Below are positions 52,701 through 62,078 of a stretch of 64,000 bases of DNA, piece after piece. Below the pieces are notes generated by a model. It did no database searches. It was not told the DNA's origin and worked only from the letters and a program-made list of their open reading frames with translations. This stretch comes from Patescibacteria group bacterium. GTDB taxonomy: Bacteria; Patescibacteriota; Patescibacteriia; SG8-24; DYFX01. Numbering within the stretch: the first letter of the stretch is position 1; each line of letters opens with the position of its first letter. A program made the position numbers and the translations under genes. The DNA is taken from positions 245,453-309,452 of the forward strand of contig CP129476.1 in NCBI GenBank assembly GCA_030583805.1, written 5' to 3'.

Positions 52701-54548
52701 CTATTTCGCTTCGTCTCGGCGCTTCAGCACCGCAATAAACGCTTCGGGAGGGATGTCGACGCCGCCGGAGGCGAGGCCCATCATCTTCTTTTTGCCTTTC
52801 TTTTGCTTTTCAAGAAGTTTCTTCTTGCGCGTCACGTCGCCGCCGTAGAGGTAGCCGGTGACGTCCTTGCGGAAGGGCTTGATGCGCTCAGAGGCGACGA
52901 TCGTGCCGCCGATCGCGGCTTGGATTTTGATTTCGAACTGCGTCTGGTCGATTTCCTCTTTCAGGATTTCGCAGACGCGGCGTCCAATGCGCGTCGCCTC
53001 ATCTTCATACACCATCATCGAAAGCGCCTCAACCGGCTGTTCGGCGACAAGGATCGTCATCTTCACGACGTCGGCCGGGCGATATTCGATGAACTCGTAG
53101 TTCAGCGACGCGTAGCCGGAAGAAACGCTCTTCAACTTATCGTAAAAGTCGACCAGGATCGCCGAAAGAGGCGCCTGGAAATGCATGATGACGCGCGAGC
53201 CGACCACGTCGTCGACGGACGTCGTTTCCGCGCCCGTCAGGTATTCCATCGTCTGGTAGATGCCGCGCTTGTCGACGACCATGCCCATGACGCCGCCGAT
53301 ATATTGCTTCGGCGTGACGATGTCGACTTTAACCCACGGCTCGCGAAGACCGGCCACGCCGCTCATGTCCGGAAGCTCCGATGGCGACTTGATGGTGATG
53401 CGCTGACCGCTCTTCATGTCCACTTCGTAGGCGACGCTCGGCACCGTGACGATCAGGTCGAGGTTGTATTCGCGCGACAGGCGTTCCTGAAGAATTTCGA
53501 GGTGCAGCAAGCCGAGCAAGCCGCAACGGAAACCGAAACCGAGCGCGGAAGACTGCTCCGGCTCGAAGACGAGCGAGGCGTCGGAAAGCTTCAGTTTGAG
53601 AAGTCCTTCGCGCAACCTCTGGAACTCATCGCCTTCTTTGGGGAAAATACCGGCGAAAACCATCGGCTTCACTTCCTTGTAGCCTGGCAAAGCCGCAACG
53701 CCGCGCGCCTTCCAGTCGGAGACGGTGATGGTGTCGCCGACGCGGCAGGCGGAAATGTCTTTGTGTCCCGTGACGATGTAGCCGATCTCGCCGGCGGACA
53801 AGGAATCCGCCGCCACGAATTTCGGGCGGAACCAGCCGACTTCCAACACTTCGTTCTGCGCGAACGTGGCCATGAGCTGCGCTTGCACGCCGCGTTTCAC
53901 CAAACCTTCGACGATGCGCACGAAAGCGACGACGCCTTTGTACTCGTCGTAGATCGAATCGAAGATGAGCGCGCGGAGAGGCTTATCCGTTTCGAGTTTC
54001 GGAGGAGGAATCCTGGCAATCACGGCATCAACGATATCTTGAATCCCCTGTCCGGTCTTGCCGGACGCCAGAATGATCTCTTCCTTCTTGCAGCCGAGCA
54101 GCTGGATGAGTTCTTGCGAAGTTTTCTCGATATCGGCCGCCGGCATGTCGATCTTGTTGACGACCGGAATGATCTCAAGCCCCTGCTCGATCGCGAGATA
54201 GAGATTGCCGATCGTCTGCGCCTGGACGCCCTGCGTCGCGTCGACCAAAAGGATCGCGCCCTCGACGGCAGCGAGCGAACGCGAGACTTCGTACGTGAAG
54301 TCGACGTGGCCGGGCGTATCAATCAGGTTCAGGATGTATTCCTTGCCGTCCTTCGCGTAGTTCATGCGCACCGGCTGAAGCTTGATCGTGATGCCGCGCT
54401 CGCGCTCGAGATCCATGGTGTCGAGCAGCTGCGACTTCATTTCCCGTTTCGTGACCGTGCCGGTGAATTCCAAAAAGCGATCGGCCAGGGTGGATTTCCC
54501 GTGGTCGATATGGGCGATGATGCAGAAATTGCGGATTTCGGCGGCCAT
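52701..54548 (-). CDS. lepA: elongation factor 4 (LepA)
   Basis: NFCIIAHIDHGKSTLADR G-domain. LepA-specific C-terminal domain. 615 aa. Confidence 0.9.
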   Translation of the reverse strand: MAAEIRNFCIIAHIDHGKSTLADRFLEFTGTVTKREMKSQLLDTMDLERERGITIKLQPVRMNYAKDGKEYILNLIDTPGHVDFTYEVSRSLAAVEGAILLVDATQGVQAQTIGNLYLAIEQGLEIIPVVNKIDMPAADIEKTSQELIQLLGCKKEEIILASGKTGQGIQDIVDAVIARIPPPKLETDKPLRALIFDSIYDEYKGVVAFVRIVEGLVKRGVQAQLMATFAQNEVLEVGWFRPKFVAADSLSAGEIGYIVTGHKDISACRVGDTITVSDWKARGVAALPGYKEVKPMVFAGIFPKEGDEFQRLREGLLKLKLSDASLVFEPEQSSALGFGFRCGLLGLLHLEILQERLSREYNLDLIVTVPSVAYEVDMKSGQRITIKSPSELPDMSGVAGLREPWVKVDIVTPKQYIGGVMGMVVDKRGIYQTMEYLTGAETTSVDDVVGSRVIMHFQAPLSAILVDFYDKLKSVSSGYASLNYEFIEYRPADVVKMTILVAEQPVEALSMMVYEDEATRIGRRVCEILKEEIDQTQFEIKIQAAIGGTIVASERIKPFRKDVTGYLYGGDVTRKKKLLEKQKKGKKKMMGLASGGVDIPPEAFIAVLKRRDEAK

Positions 54549-54599
54549 GATGGATCAACGCTATCAAAAAACCCCATCCGTTTCAAGGGATGGGGAGGC

Positions 54600-55757
54600 T
54601 CAGCGCGGAACGAAGGCGCGGATGTGCTCGAAGATGTTTTTCGCCGCGTCCTTCTGGTACGCGTTGCGAAAGTGCTTCTGGCGGTTGTGCAGGGACAGCG
54701 CGCGAGCCGCCTCCGCCGCGGAGGCCGGCTCCAGGATGACCCGGACGAACTCGGCCGCCTTGGCGACCGTGTCCCAGTGCGCGATCGCGCCCATGCGAAC
54801 CGGCGGCAGCGGAGCATCGACCCTCGGCGGCGGTCCGTCGGTCGGCGCGGCATGCGCCATGTCGTCGACATACGCGGCCGGGATCATGCGATGCGCCGCG
54901 ACGAGCACTTCGGTCGACGACTTCGCGAGAACGAGGTCTGCGGCCATCGCGACCGTCTCGGTCGCGTGTTCGTCGGTCTGGAGGTACTGGAGGCCAGCGC
55001 GATCGAAGGCGGCGGCGTAGTCGGCCTCGGAGGACGCGTCGCGCGGGTGCCGGCGGACCGTATAAACCGGACCGCGGCAGCCGATGGCGGCGAGCGCTTC
55101 GGCCAGGGCCGGAACGGTCGTGCCGTTCTTGGGGCCGCCCATGAACACCACGAGACGCGCGTCGCCCAGACCGAGGGCGCGGCGCGCTTCCTGGCGCAGT
55201 GCCGGACTCTCGCCCGCCAGGCGAGCGAAGACCGGCTGCCCGGTCGAGAACGCGCGCGCGTGATCGTACTCGGGATAAGCGCCGATCAAGTCTTCGAGCG
55301 AACCGCCGTCGATGGTGCACACGAAGTCCGGCAGCCTCAAGCGTTCCTTCCGCAGCGCGGCGAACAGCTTGGCATACTGCCGGTAGTTGTCCTCGACGTA
55401 GATCATCGGCACGTCGGGGAAGATCGCGCGCATCGCCACTTGGAGGTGCGCGCTGGAACAGGAGCTGGACGTCACGAAGACGTCGGGGCGCCGAACGTTC
55501 TCCCATCGCTCGACCGGAATGCGTCCGTGCTTCGCGCCAGCCGTCTCGAGATCGAAACGTTCGGCTGCCAAGCCGGAGACGAGCGCCGAGGGCGACCAGC
55601 AGCCGCCCCTCTCGTCGCTCATGACATCCATGACCGGCACGAGCGCGTTCGCGTCGCCTACGTCGCGCATCAGAAACATCGCTCGCCGCGCACGACCGTC
55701 ACCCTCGGGAAACGTCACGAGATGCGTGTCGACCGGGTCGCTGATTGTCGTTTTCAA
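54600..55757 (-). CDS. hypothetical protein, possibly GT-B-fold glycosyltransferase/epimerase-like
   Basis: 385 aa. It has two Rossmann-like halves (VFMGGPKNGTT...). It sits between lepA and murJ. Confidence 0.35.
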   Translation of the reverse strand: MKTTISDPVDTHLVTFPEGDGRARRAMFLMRDVGDANALVPVMDVMSDERGGCWSPSALVSGLAAERFDLETAGAKHGRIPVERWENVRRPDVFVTSSSCSSAHLQVAMRAIFPDVPMIYVEDNYRQYAKLFAALRKERLRLPDFVCTIDGGSLEDLIGAYPEYDHARAFSTGQPVFARLAGESPALRQEARRALGLGDARLVVFMGGPKNGTTVPALAEALAAIGCRGPVYTVRRHPRDASSEADYAAAFDRAGLQYLQTDEHATETVAMAADLVLAKSSTEVLVAAHRMIPAAYVDDMAHAAPTDGPPPRVDAPLPPVRMGAIAHWDTVAKAAEFVRVILEPASAAEAARALSLHNRQKHFRNAYQKDAAKNIFEHIRAFVPR

Positions 55758-55837
55758 AGCCCACCTCCATGCAAGGGGTCAAGGACCTTTCCGCAACGCT
55801 GCGGAAGGCAAAACCGTATTTGGTTTTCGGCGTTTTG

Positions 55838-57481
55838 TCAATCGCCGCGCCTAAAAAACCTTCTCCGCACCATCCCGATAACGGTTCCCAACTCTTCAGA
55901 TTTCAAAAGGCGCAGCACGGCCACGTAGACCGCGAAACCGGCAAGGCTTGCCACCGTCGCTTCCGTAAAGACTGAGCCGAGACTTCGCGTATCGACGCTC
56001 TGCATTCCAGGACGCAGGACCCAGCCGGCCGCCCAGGCCGCGGCAAACGCCCCGAGAACATACTTGCCGAGCGCGCGAAAAATCCCCGAGGCGCCCAGGC
56101 GGCCGAACGTGCGGCGCAGGAAATAGAACAGAAGCGTCACCTGCACGATCGAAGCGATGGAGAAAGCGGCCGTAAGCGCGAGCACGCGGACGTCGTCGAT
56201 GCCGAAGAGGTACAGCCAGAGCCAAGCCGTTGCGCGCCCGTCCGTACCGGACAGCCACCCTTTCAAAGCGAACGTCGCGATGATGTTGGCCGTCATCGCC
56301 GCGAGCGAGATCGCGACGGGGATCCACGTATTTTTGAGCGCATAAAAGGCGCGCGCTAAAAGAGGCGCCAGTCCTTGGAGCGACATGGTGAGAATGGCGA
56401 GCGCCAAGGCGGCGGCGGATAAACGCGTATCGTTCCAGCTCAGCGTTTGCGCTCCGATCAGCACGCGGATGATCTGAAGACGCAGCACGAACGCCAGCGT
56501 CGTGAGCGGCACCAGGAAGAAGAGAATCTGCCGAAGCGTCATCGAAAACGTCGACCGGAACGCCTCGCGGTCGTTCCGCGCCGCCGCCTCGGAAAGCGTG
56601 GGGAAGGCCGCCATGGCGAACGGGATCGCCACGACGCCGACGGGTACCGCCGCGATGTTCATCGCGAGGTTGAAAAGCGCCGGCGCGCCGACGCCGAAGG
56701 TCGTGCCGATCGCCGTGCCGACGAATTGACTGATCTGCGAAATGTCGATGCCGAACACGCGCGGCAAGAAGAGGCGGCCGACTTCGCGCACGCCTTCGTG
56801 CTTCGTGTCGAAGACGAAACGCGCGCGCCAACCGAGCGCGATAACGGCGGGGAGCTGCACCAGGAAATGGAGCACGGCGCCCAGAATCGCGCCGTAGGCC
56901 ACGCCGAGCACGCCGAACGGCTTCGAAAGCGCGACGATGCCGAAAATGATCGAGGCGTTATAGAGAAGCGGCGCGAGCGAAGCGGCCAAGAAGCGCTTCC
57001 GGGCGTTCAGAACGCTCGTCAGAACGGCTGAGAGCGCGAAGACGAACGGCGAAAGCATCATGACGCGCGTGAGCGCGATCGTGAGCTGGAGCTTCTCGCC
57101 TTCAAAACCCGGCGCGATGACCGGCACGAGCTTGTGCGCGCCGATCGAAAGCGCGAGGCACAAGACGCCCATGACGACGCCAACGATCGTCAGGATGCTG
57201 TTGGTCATGCGCCACGCGTCCTCGCGCTTGTCCTTGGCGACGTACTCGGTAAAAACGGGAATGAAGGCCACCGAGAGGGTGCCGAGAATCAAAAGCGCGA
57301 AAAGGAAGTTCGGGATTTGAAACGAGGCATAGTAGGCGTCGAGCGCGTCGCTCACGCCGAAACGCGACACCAAAAGGCGGTCGCGGAAGAGGCCGAGAAT
57401 CCGCGAGAGAATCGAACTGACGGCGATCAAAAAGGCGCCGCCGGCAATCGTTTTTGATTCCTGCGTGAACAGCTTGAACAT
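55838..57481 (-). CDS. murJ: lipid II flippase MurJ (MviN)
   Basis: 14-TM profile with the conserved N-terminus (AGGAFLIAVSSILSRILGLFRDRLLVSRFG). Confidence 0.85.
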   Translation of the reverse strand: MFKLFTQESKTIAGGAFLIAVSSILSRILGLFRDRLLVSRFGVSDALDAYYASFQIPNFLFALLILGTLSVAFIPVFTEYVAKDKREDAWRMTNSILTIVGVVMGVLCLALSIGAHKLVPVIAPGFEGEKLQLTIALTRVMMLSPFVFALSAVLTSVLNARKRFLAASLAPLLYNASIIFGIVALSKPFGVLGVAYGAILGAVLHFLVQLPAVIALGWRARFVFDTKHEGVREVGRLFLPRVFGIDISQISQFVGTAIGTTFGVGAPALFNLAMNIAAVPVGVVAIPFAMAAFPTLSEAAARNDREAFRSTFSMTLRQILFFLVPLTTLAFVLRLQIIRVLIGAQTLSWNDTRLSAAALALAILTMSLQGLAPLLARAFYALKNTWIPVAISLAAMTANIIATFALKGWLSGTDGRATAWLWLYLFGIDDVRVLALTAAFSIASIVQVTLLFYFLRRTFGRLGASGIFRALGKYVLGAFAAAWAAGWVLRPGMQSVDTRSLGSVFTEATVASLAGFAVYVAVLRLLKSEELGTVIGMVRRRFFRRGD

Positions 57482-57485
57482 GCGC

Positions 57486-58523
57486 CTACTTCAGCGCCTC
57501 CGCGGTTTCGCGCGCGATCATGCGCTCTTCATCCGTCGGCACGACCAACGCCTTCAGCTTGAACGGTTTCAGCCACCGCGTGATCATGCTGCGGATTTTT
57601 TCGGAGCGCTCCCCCACTCCGGCGGTAAACACGACCGCGTCGCAGCCTCCCATGACCGTCATGAACTGGCCGATGTAGCGCACGACGTCGTACGCGAACA
57701 TCTCGAGCGCGAGTTTCGAGCGCTTCTCGCCTTTTTCCGCTTTGGCGATCACGTCGCGCAAATCGCTCATGCCCGTGAGGCCGAGCCAGCCGGATTTTTT
57801 GTTCAGGAGATCGTCGACCTGTTCGGGCGTCATCTTGAGCGTACGAATCAGCCAGAGCGGAATTTCCGGATCGATATCGCCGCACCGCGTGGACATCGTG
57901 AGCCCTTCAAGCGGCGTGAAGCCCATGCTCGTATCGACCGCTTTGCCGTTCTTCATGGCCGTAACCGACGCGCCGCTGCCGAGATGGCAGGTCACGAGCT
58001 TCAGTTTTGAAAGGGGCTTTTTGAGCTTCTTCGCGGCCTCGGACGCGACGTAGCCGTGCGAGATGCCGTGGAAGCCGTATTTGCGAATGCCGTGCTTTTC
58101 ATACAAATCGTACGGCAGGGCGTACATGTACGCGTAGTCCGGCAAGTCGCGATAGAGCGCCGTATCGAAGACCGCCACGTTCGGCACGCCGGGCAGAAGC
58201 TTCATGGAGGCTTCGATACCGAGCACGTTCGGCGGATTGTGCAGCGGCGCGAGCGCGTACAATTCTTTGAGCTTTGCGATGACGCGCGCGTCGATCTTCG
58301 TCGGCGCCACGAACGCCGCACCTCCATGCACCACGCGATGACCGACCGCGCGGACGTCACGGACGTCAAAACCCTGCTTTTTGAGATCGGAAAACGCCGC
58401 CGAAAGCGCCGCGGCATAATCGCCGTTTACGCGTTCGTTCAAGCCCGAAGCCACAGGCTTCAGTTTGGCGTCGAACAGCTTGTATTTCAGCGAGGAGGAC
58501 CCGCAGTTGATGACGAGTAGCAT
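57486..58523 (-). CDS. ackA: acetate kinase
   Basis: LVINCGSSSLKYKLFD N-terminal motif, VGHRVVHGG, and the ASKHP sugar-kinase fold. Confidence 0.8.
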   Translation of the reverse strand: MLLVINCGSSSLKYKLFDAKLKPVASGLNERVNGDYAAALSAAFSDLKKQGFDVRDVRAVGHRVVHGGAAFVAPTKIDARVIAKLKELYALAPLHNPPNVLGIEASMKLLPGVPNVAVFDTALYRDLPDYAYMYALPYDLYEKHGIRKYGFHGISHGYVASEAAKKLKKPLSKLKLVTCHLGSGASVTAMKNGKAVDTSMGFTPLEGLTMSTRCGDIDPEIPLWLIRTLKMTPEQVDDLLNKKSGWLGLTGMSDLRDVIAKAEKGEKRSKLALEMFAYDVVRYIGQFMTVMGGCDAVVFTAGVGERSEKIRSMITRWLKPFKLKALVVPTDEERMIARETAEALK

Positions 58524-58541
58524 GGGCTCACTCTACACGGT

Positions 58542-59156
58542 TCACGCCGTTTTCGGCCAGACGTCGACGATGCTTCCGGTCGCGCCCTGTTCCGAGAGCG
58601 ACGCGGCGTTCGCCTCGTCGGTGTCGAGGTGGATGTTCATGCGGAAACTCGGATGCACGCGGACCGCGACGTCATGCACCGTGATCGGCGTCGCGCCGGG
58701 GACGCGCACCGAGAGCGTGTCGCCGTTCTTGAGACCGAGCGTTTCGGCCTCCTTGTCGGAAATATGAAGATGCCGCGCGTCGTTGATGACGCCTTCGCTC
58801 AGTTCGACCGAGCCCTTCGGCCCGATCAACTCGCACTTCCCGGTGCCGGCCAAGTCGCCGGAGACGCGCACGGGCGTTTCGATACCGAGCTTGAAACCGT
58901 CGGAAAACGCCAGCTCGACTTGCGTCTGCTTGCGGCACGGACCGAGCACGCGCGCTTCCGCCTGCCCTTTCGCGCCCTTGATGATGACTTTCTCCTCGTA
59001 GGCGTATTGGCCGGTCTGCGACAACTCTTTGAGCTGCGTCATCTGATACCCGGCGCCGAAAAGAATATCTTGGTGCTCTTGCGAAAGATGCACGTGGCGC
59101 GCGGAATACTCGATGCGGACGTCGTGGCCGGTTGCGGGGTGTTCAACGGGGTTCAT
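58542..59156 (-). CDS. pduL: PduL-type phosphate acyltransferase (phosphotransacetylase/propanoyltransferase)
   Basis: Two PduL half-domains, each with the ARHVHLS / ARHLHIS motif. Located upstream of ackA. Confidence 0.7.
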   Translation of the reverse strand: MNPVEHPATGHDVRIEYSARHVHLSQEHQDILFGAGYQMTQLKELSQTGQYAYEEKVIIKGAKGQAEARVLGPCRKQTQVELAFSDGFKLGIETPVRVSGDLAGTGKCELIGPKGSVELSEGVINDARHLHISDKEAETLGLKNGDTLSVRVPGATPITVHDVAVRVHPSFRMNIHLDTDEANAASLSEQGATGSIVDVWPKTA

Positions 59157-59652
59157 CGTAGTGTTTTACGATCGGAGTTTCGTCATACCGGAGGAAGGCG
59201 CGCAGGATGCGGGCGATCAGCGTCTTCTCTTTCGTCTTGCCGAACTTCTTCAAACGCGACTTCGGCGCATGGAACGTCGTGACGGCGCGTTCGATAACTT
59301 TCGCGTTCGTGCGTACGACCCAGCCGAGGAAACCGGTTTTCCACATCGGGTTCGAGAGACGCTTGTTCGTAATCTTGATGGCATTGTCGGGACAGACGCG
59401 CTCGCAGGTCTCGCAGCCGATACACTTGTCGAGATCGATGTAGATGCCCGGCTCGCCAAGCATGCCAAGATCCTTGTTGTGCCAGGAAATCGCGTTCACA
59501 GGACACTTCAGCACGCACTCGCCGCAGGATTTGCAAAGCCCGAGAAACCGCGTGACGCGGATCTTGGCGTTCTCTTCGGTTTTCGGACGGAAACGCTGGA
59601 GTTCTTCCGGCGTGCCGCGATCCATATCAAGCGAGGGCATAGCCTTTTTCAA
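59143..59652 (-). CDS. porD: 2-oxoacid:ferredoxin oxidoreductase delta subunit (4Fe-4S ferredoxin)
   Basis: Two CxxCxxCxxxCP clusters (CKSCGECVLKCP, CIGCETCERVCP). Confidence 0.8.
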   Translation of the reverse strand: MKKAMPSLDMDRGTPEELQRFRPKTEENAKIRVTRFLGLCKSCGECVLKCPVNAISWHNKDLGMLGEPGIYIDLDKCIGCETCERVCPDNAIKITNKRLSNPMWKTGFLGWVVRTNAKVIERAVTTFHAPKSRLKKFGKTKEKTLIARILRAFLRYDETPIVKHYDEPR

Positions 59653-60175
59653 ACGCTTTACGATTCAACTCCTTTAAGGAGGGATCTTTGGCGTACTTCG
59701 AAGCGAAGACGTGATCGAGCGCCGCCTCGAATTTATTCCTGTCGAGCCCAGGGATCAGCTTCACCATGGCGCCCATGATGATCATGTTGAAGACGCGGGG
59801 CTTCTTGAACTCCTCTTTGGCGATCTTGCCCGCGTCGATCTCGCGCGGGTGCCATCGCCCGAGTTTCGAAAGATCCTTCACGAGATAGCTGTTGACGATG
59901 ACGTGCGTGTCGTCTTTCAGGAATCCGTAGATGCGGTCGACGGCGCGCTGCGACAACACGACCCAGAGATCGGCTTTTTCGAATTTCGGGTAGCTCGGAA
60001 CGACGTCGCCGATCTGCGCGTACGCCTCGGTCACGCCGCCGCGCTTCTCGGTCGAGAAGTACGGCACGTAGACGGCTTTCTTTCCCTGCTCGAAGGCCGC
60101 GATCGCAATGATCTTCGCGATCGATTGCACGCCCTGGCCCCCTTCGCCGCAAATGACGATTTTAAACGTATCCAT
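59627..60175 (-). CDS. porC: 2-oxoacid:ferredoxin oxidoreductase gamma subunit
   Basis: IVICGEGGQGVQS N-terminus typical of POR/KOR gamma. Confidence 0.8.
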   Translation of the reverse strand: MDTFKIVICGEGGQGVQSIAKIIAIAAFEQGKKAVYVPYFSTEKRGGVTEAYAQIGDVVPSYPKFEKADLWVVLSQRAVDRIYGFLKDDTHVIVNSYLVKDLSKLGRWHPREIDAGKIAKEEFKKPRVFNMIIMGAMVKLIPGLDRNKFEAALDHVFASKYAKDPSLKELNRKAFEKGYALA

Positions 60176-60176
60176 A

Positions 60177-60905
60177 TCAGAAACGTCCGAGTGTATAGAC
60201 CTTCGCCATCTTGTGCTCGAGGATCTCGAACGTCTCGTTCGGCTTGTCGATCGTTCCCCAGTTGAGCGTGCAGGGCGACAAGACCTCCAAAAACGCGAAT
60301 CCCCTGTTTTCCTTCACGAACGCCAGCGCTTCCTTCATGTATGCCCGCAGTTCGAGTTGCCGCGTCGTGATGCCGCGCGCGACCCACGCCGTCGGGTTGA
60401 GGTGGCGGATAAGGTCCGGACCCTTTACGTAGTGGTTGTCGGCGCCGTAGGGCGTCGTAATCGTCTTGGTGCCCGGCAGCGTCGTCGGCGCTTCTTGGCC
60501 GCCCGTCATGGCGTACACCGCGTTGTTTACGACGATCACGAAAACGTTTTCGTTGCGGATCGCCGCGTTCAGGAGAGAGCCCATGCCGATCGCGTACGCT
60601 CCCCCGTCGCCGACGTAGGCGACGGAAATCGCGTGCGGATTGCCGCGCTTCACGCCGACCATGACCGGCACCGTGCGGCCATGATGCGTTTCGATCGTGT
60701 CGATGTTGAAAAAATCGAACGCCAAGAGCGAGCAGCCGATGTCGACGCCGAACGCGAGGCGTTTTTGAATGCCGAGCTCGTCAACGGCGAAACCGAACGC
60801 CTTCAAGACCTCCGGATGCCCGCAGCCGGGGCAGAACAAGTGCGGCTTCGATTCGACGCGCACGCACTTCGGAAACGCGAGTTGAGCGGCGGAAGGATGG
60901 CTCAT
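60177..60905 (-). CDS. porB: 2-oxoacid:ferredoxin oxidoreductase beta subunit (TPP-binding)
   Basis: CPGCGH motif and GDGG TPP-binding motif. The start was trimmed to MSHPSAAQ and overlaps the porA stop (ATGA). Confidence 0.8.
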   Translation of the reverse strand: MSHPSAAQLAFPKCVRVESKPHLFCPGCGHPEVLKAFGFAVDELGIQKRLAFGVDIGCSLLAFDFFNIDTIETHHGRTVPVMVGVKRGNPHAISVAYVGDGGAYAIGMGSLLNAAIRNENVFVIVVNNAVYAMTGGQEAPTTLPGTKTITTPYGADNHYVKGPDLIRHLNPTAWVARGITTRQLELRAYMKEALAFVKENRGFAFLEVLSPCTLNWGTIDKPNETFEILEHKMAKVYTLGRF

Positions 60906-62029
60906 ACTTCCGGCAGTTCGGTAATGAGTCGCGTGATTTCCTCGGCCGAGATGCCGATCGACGGGCGATGGTATTCGACCATCGGCGCGTCCGTCACGCC
61001 GTAAAGCTCCTCTTTGACGAGGCGCGAGAGCTGGCCGATCGCGGACTCCGCCACGATGATGCGCTTGGCGCCCTTCGACGCCGCCCGCAGCGCCTTTGCG
61101 GGGAACGGACGGAGCGTAATCGGACGGAACAGGCGCGCCTTGCCGCCGGCCTGATCGATCGCTTGCTTGGCCGCCGCGCCGACGATGCCGAAAGCGACGA
61201 CCAGGATTTCGGCGTGCGGATCGCCGTACGTTTCGTGTTCCTCGATTTCGTGCGCGACCTTGTCCCAAGCATGCTTGATCTCCATGTTGACCTGGAGCGT
61301 TTCCTCTTCCAAGTTCAAGCAATTGCGGTAGCACGAGTATTCGACGCCATCCTGATTCCGAATATGCACTTCGGGCGTCGGCACGACCTGATCGATCGGG
61401 CGATCGCGCTTTTCTTCCAAAAGATATTTTTCGGTCGGCACGAGCGCGACGCCGCGTTCATGCGGATCGTAGATATCGACTTCGCCCATCATCTTGGCCT
61501 GGTAGCCGTCGCCCAAAAGGAAAGTCGGAAAACGGTACTTCCAGGCGGTATTGAAGGCCTTGATGCCGTAATCGTAGAGCTCTTGAAGATTCGACGGCGC
61601 GTACACGATGCGGTAACCGTTGCCGTTGCCGCCGAAAGCCGTCAGGTTCACTTCGGATTGCGAGTAAATGACCGTCGAAGTCGAAGGTCCGCCGCGCTGG
61701 TTGATATAGGCGACGACCGGCAGGCGCATCGCTTCGCACATCGAGAACGCGTCTTGCATGAGGACGTTGCCGGGCCCGGCCGTGGCGGTGAACGCCTTTT
61801 GCCCCGAGAGCACGGCGCCGAGCAACATGAACGACGCGCCGATTTCGTCTTCGGCCTGCACGAACACCATGCCGTCTTTTTTTCCCTTCTCGCTGCCGGC
61901 CTCTTTGGCCCACCACAACAAAATCTCCGATCCCGGCGTGATCGGATAGCCGTACATTCCCGTCGCTCCGGCGGCGCGCGCCGCGAGAGCCAGGATCTCG
62001 TTGCCCATCAGGAACCGTTTCTCGGACAT
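60902..62029 (-). CDS. porA: 2-oxoacid:ferredoxin oxidoreductase alpha subunit
   Basis: MGNEILALAARAAGATGMYGYPITPGSEIL N-terminus typical of POR alpha. The start was placed at MSEKRF. Confidence 0.8.
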   Translation of the reverse strand: MSEKRFLMGNEILALAARAAGATGMYGYPITPGSEILLWWAKEAGSEKGKKDGMVFVQAEDEIGASFMLLGAVLSGQKAFTATAGPGNVLMQDAFSMCEAMRLPVVAYINQRGGPSTSTVIYSQSEVNLTAFGGNGNGYRIVYAPSNLQELYDYGIKAFNTAWKYRFPTFLLGDGYQAKMMGEVDIYDPHERGVALVPTEKYLLEEKRDRPIDQVVPTPEVHIRNQDGVEYSCYRNCLNLEEETLQVNMEIKHAWDKVAHEIEEHETYGDPHAEILVVAFGIVGAAAKQAIDQAGGKARLFRPITLRPFPAKALRAASKGAKRIIVAESAIGQLSRLVKEELYGVTDAPMVEYHRPSIGISAEEITRLITELPEV

Positions 62030-62078
62030 GCCAACAGTATAGCAAAAAAGCGGCAACGGCGGTGTGGACGCGCACGTC

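Noticed and set aside
52803-55928. 1041-aa plus-strand ORF
   Set aside because: It runs antisense across lepA, the GT-B-like gene and murJ. It is Arg/Ala/Asp-rich and low-complexity, the usual spurious ORF of high-GC antisense strands.
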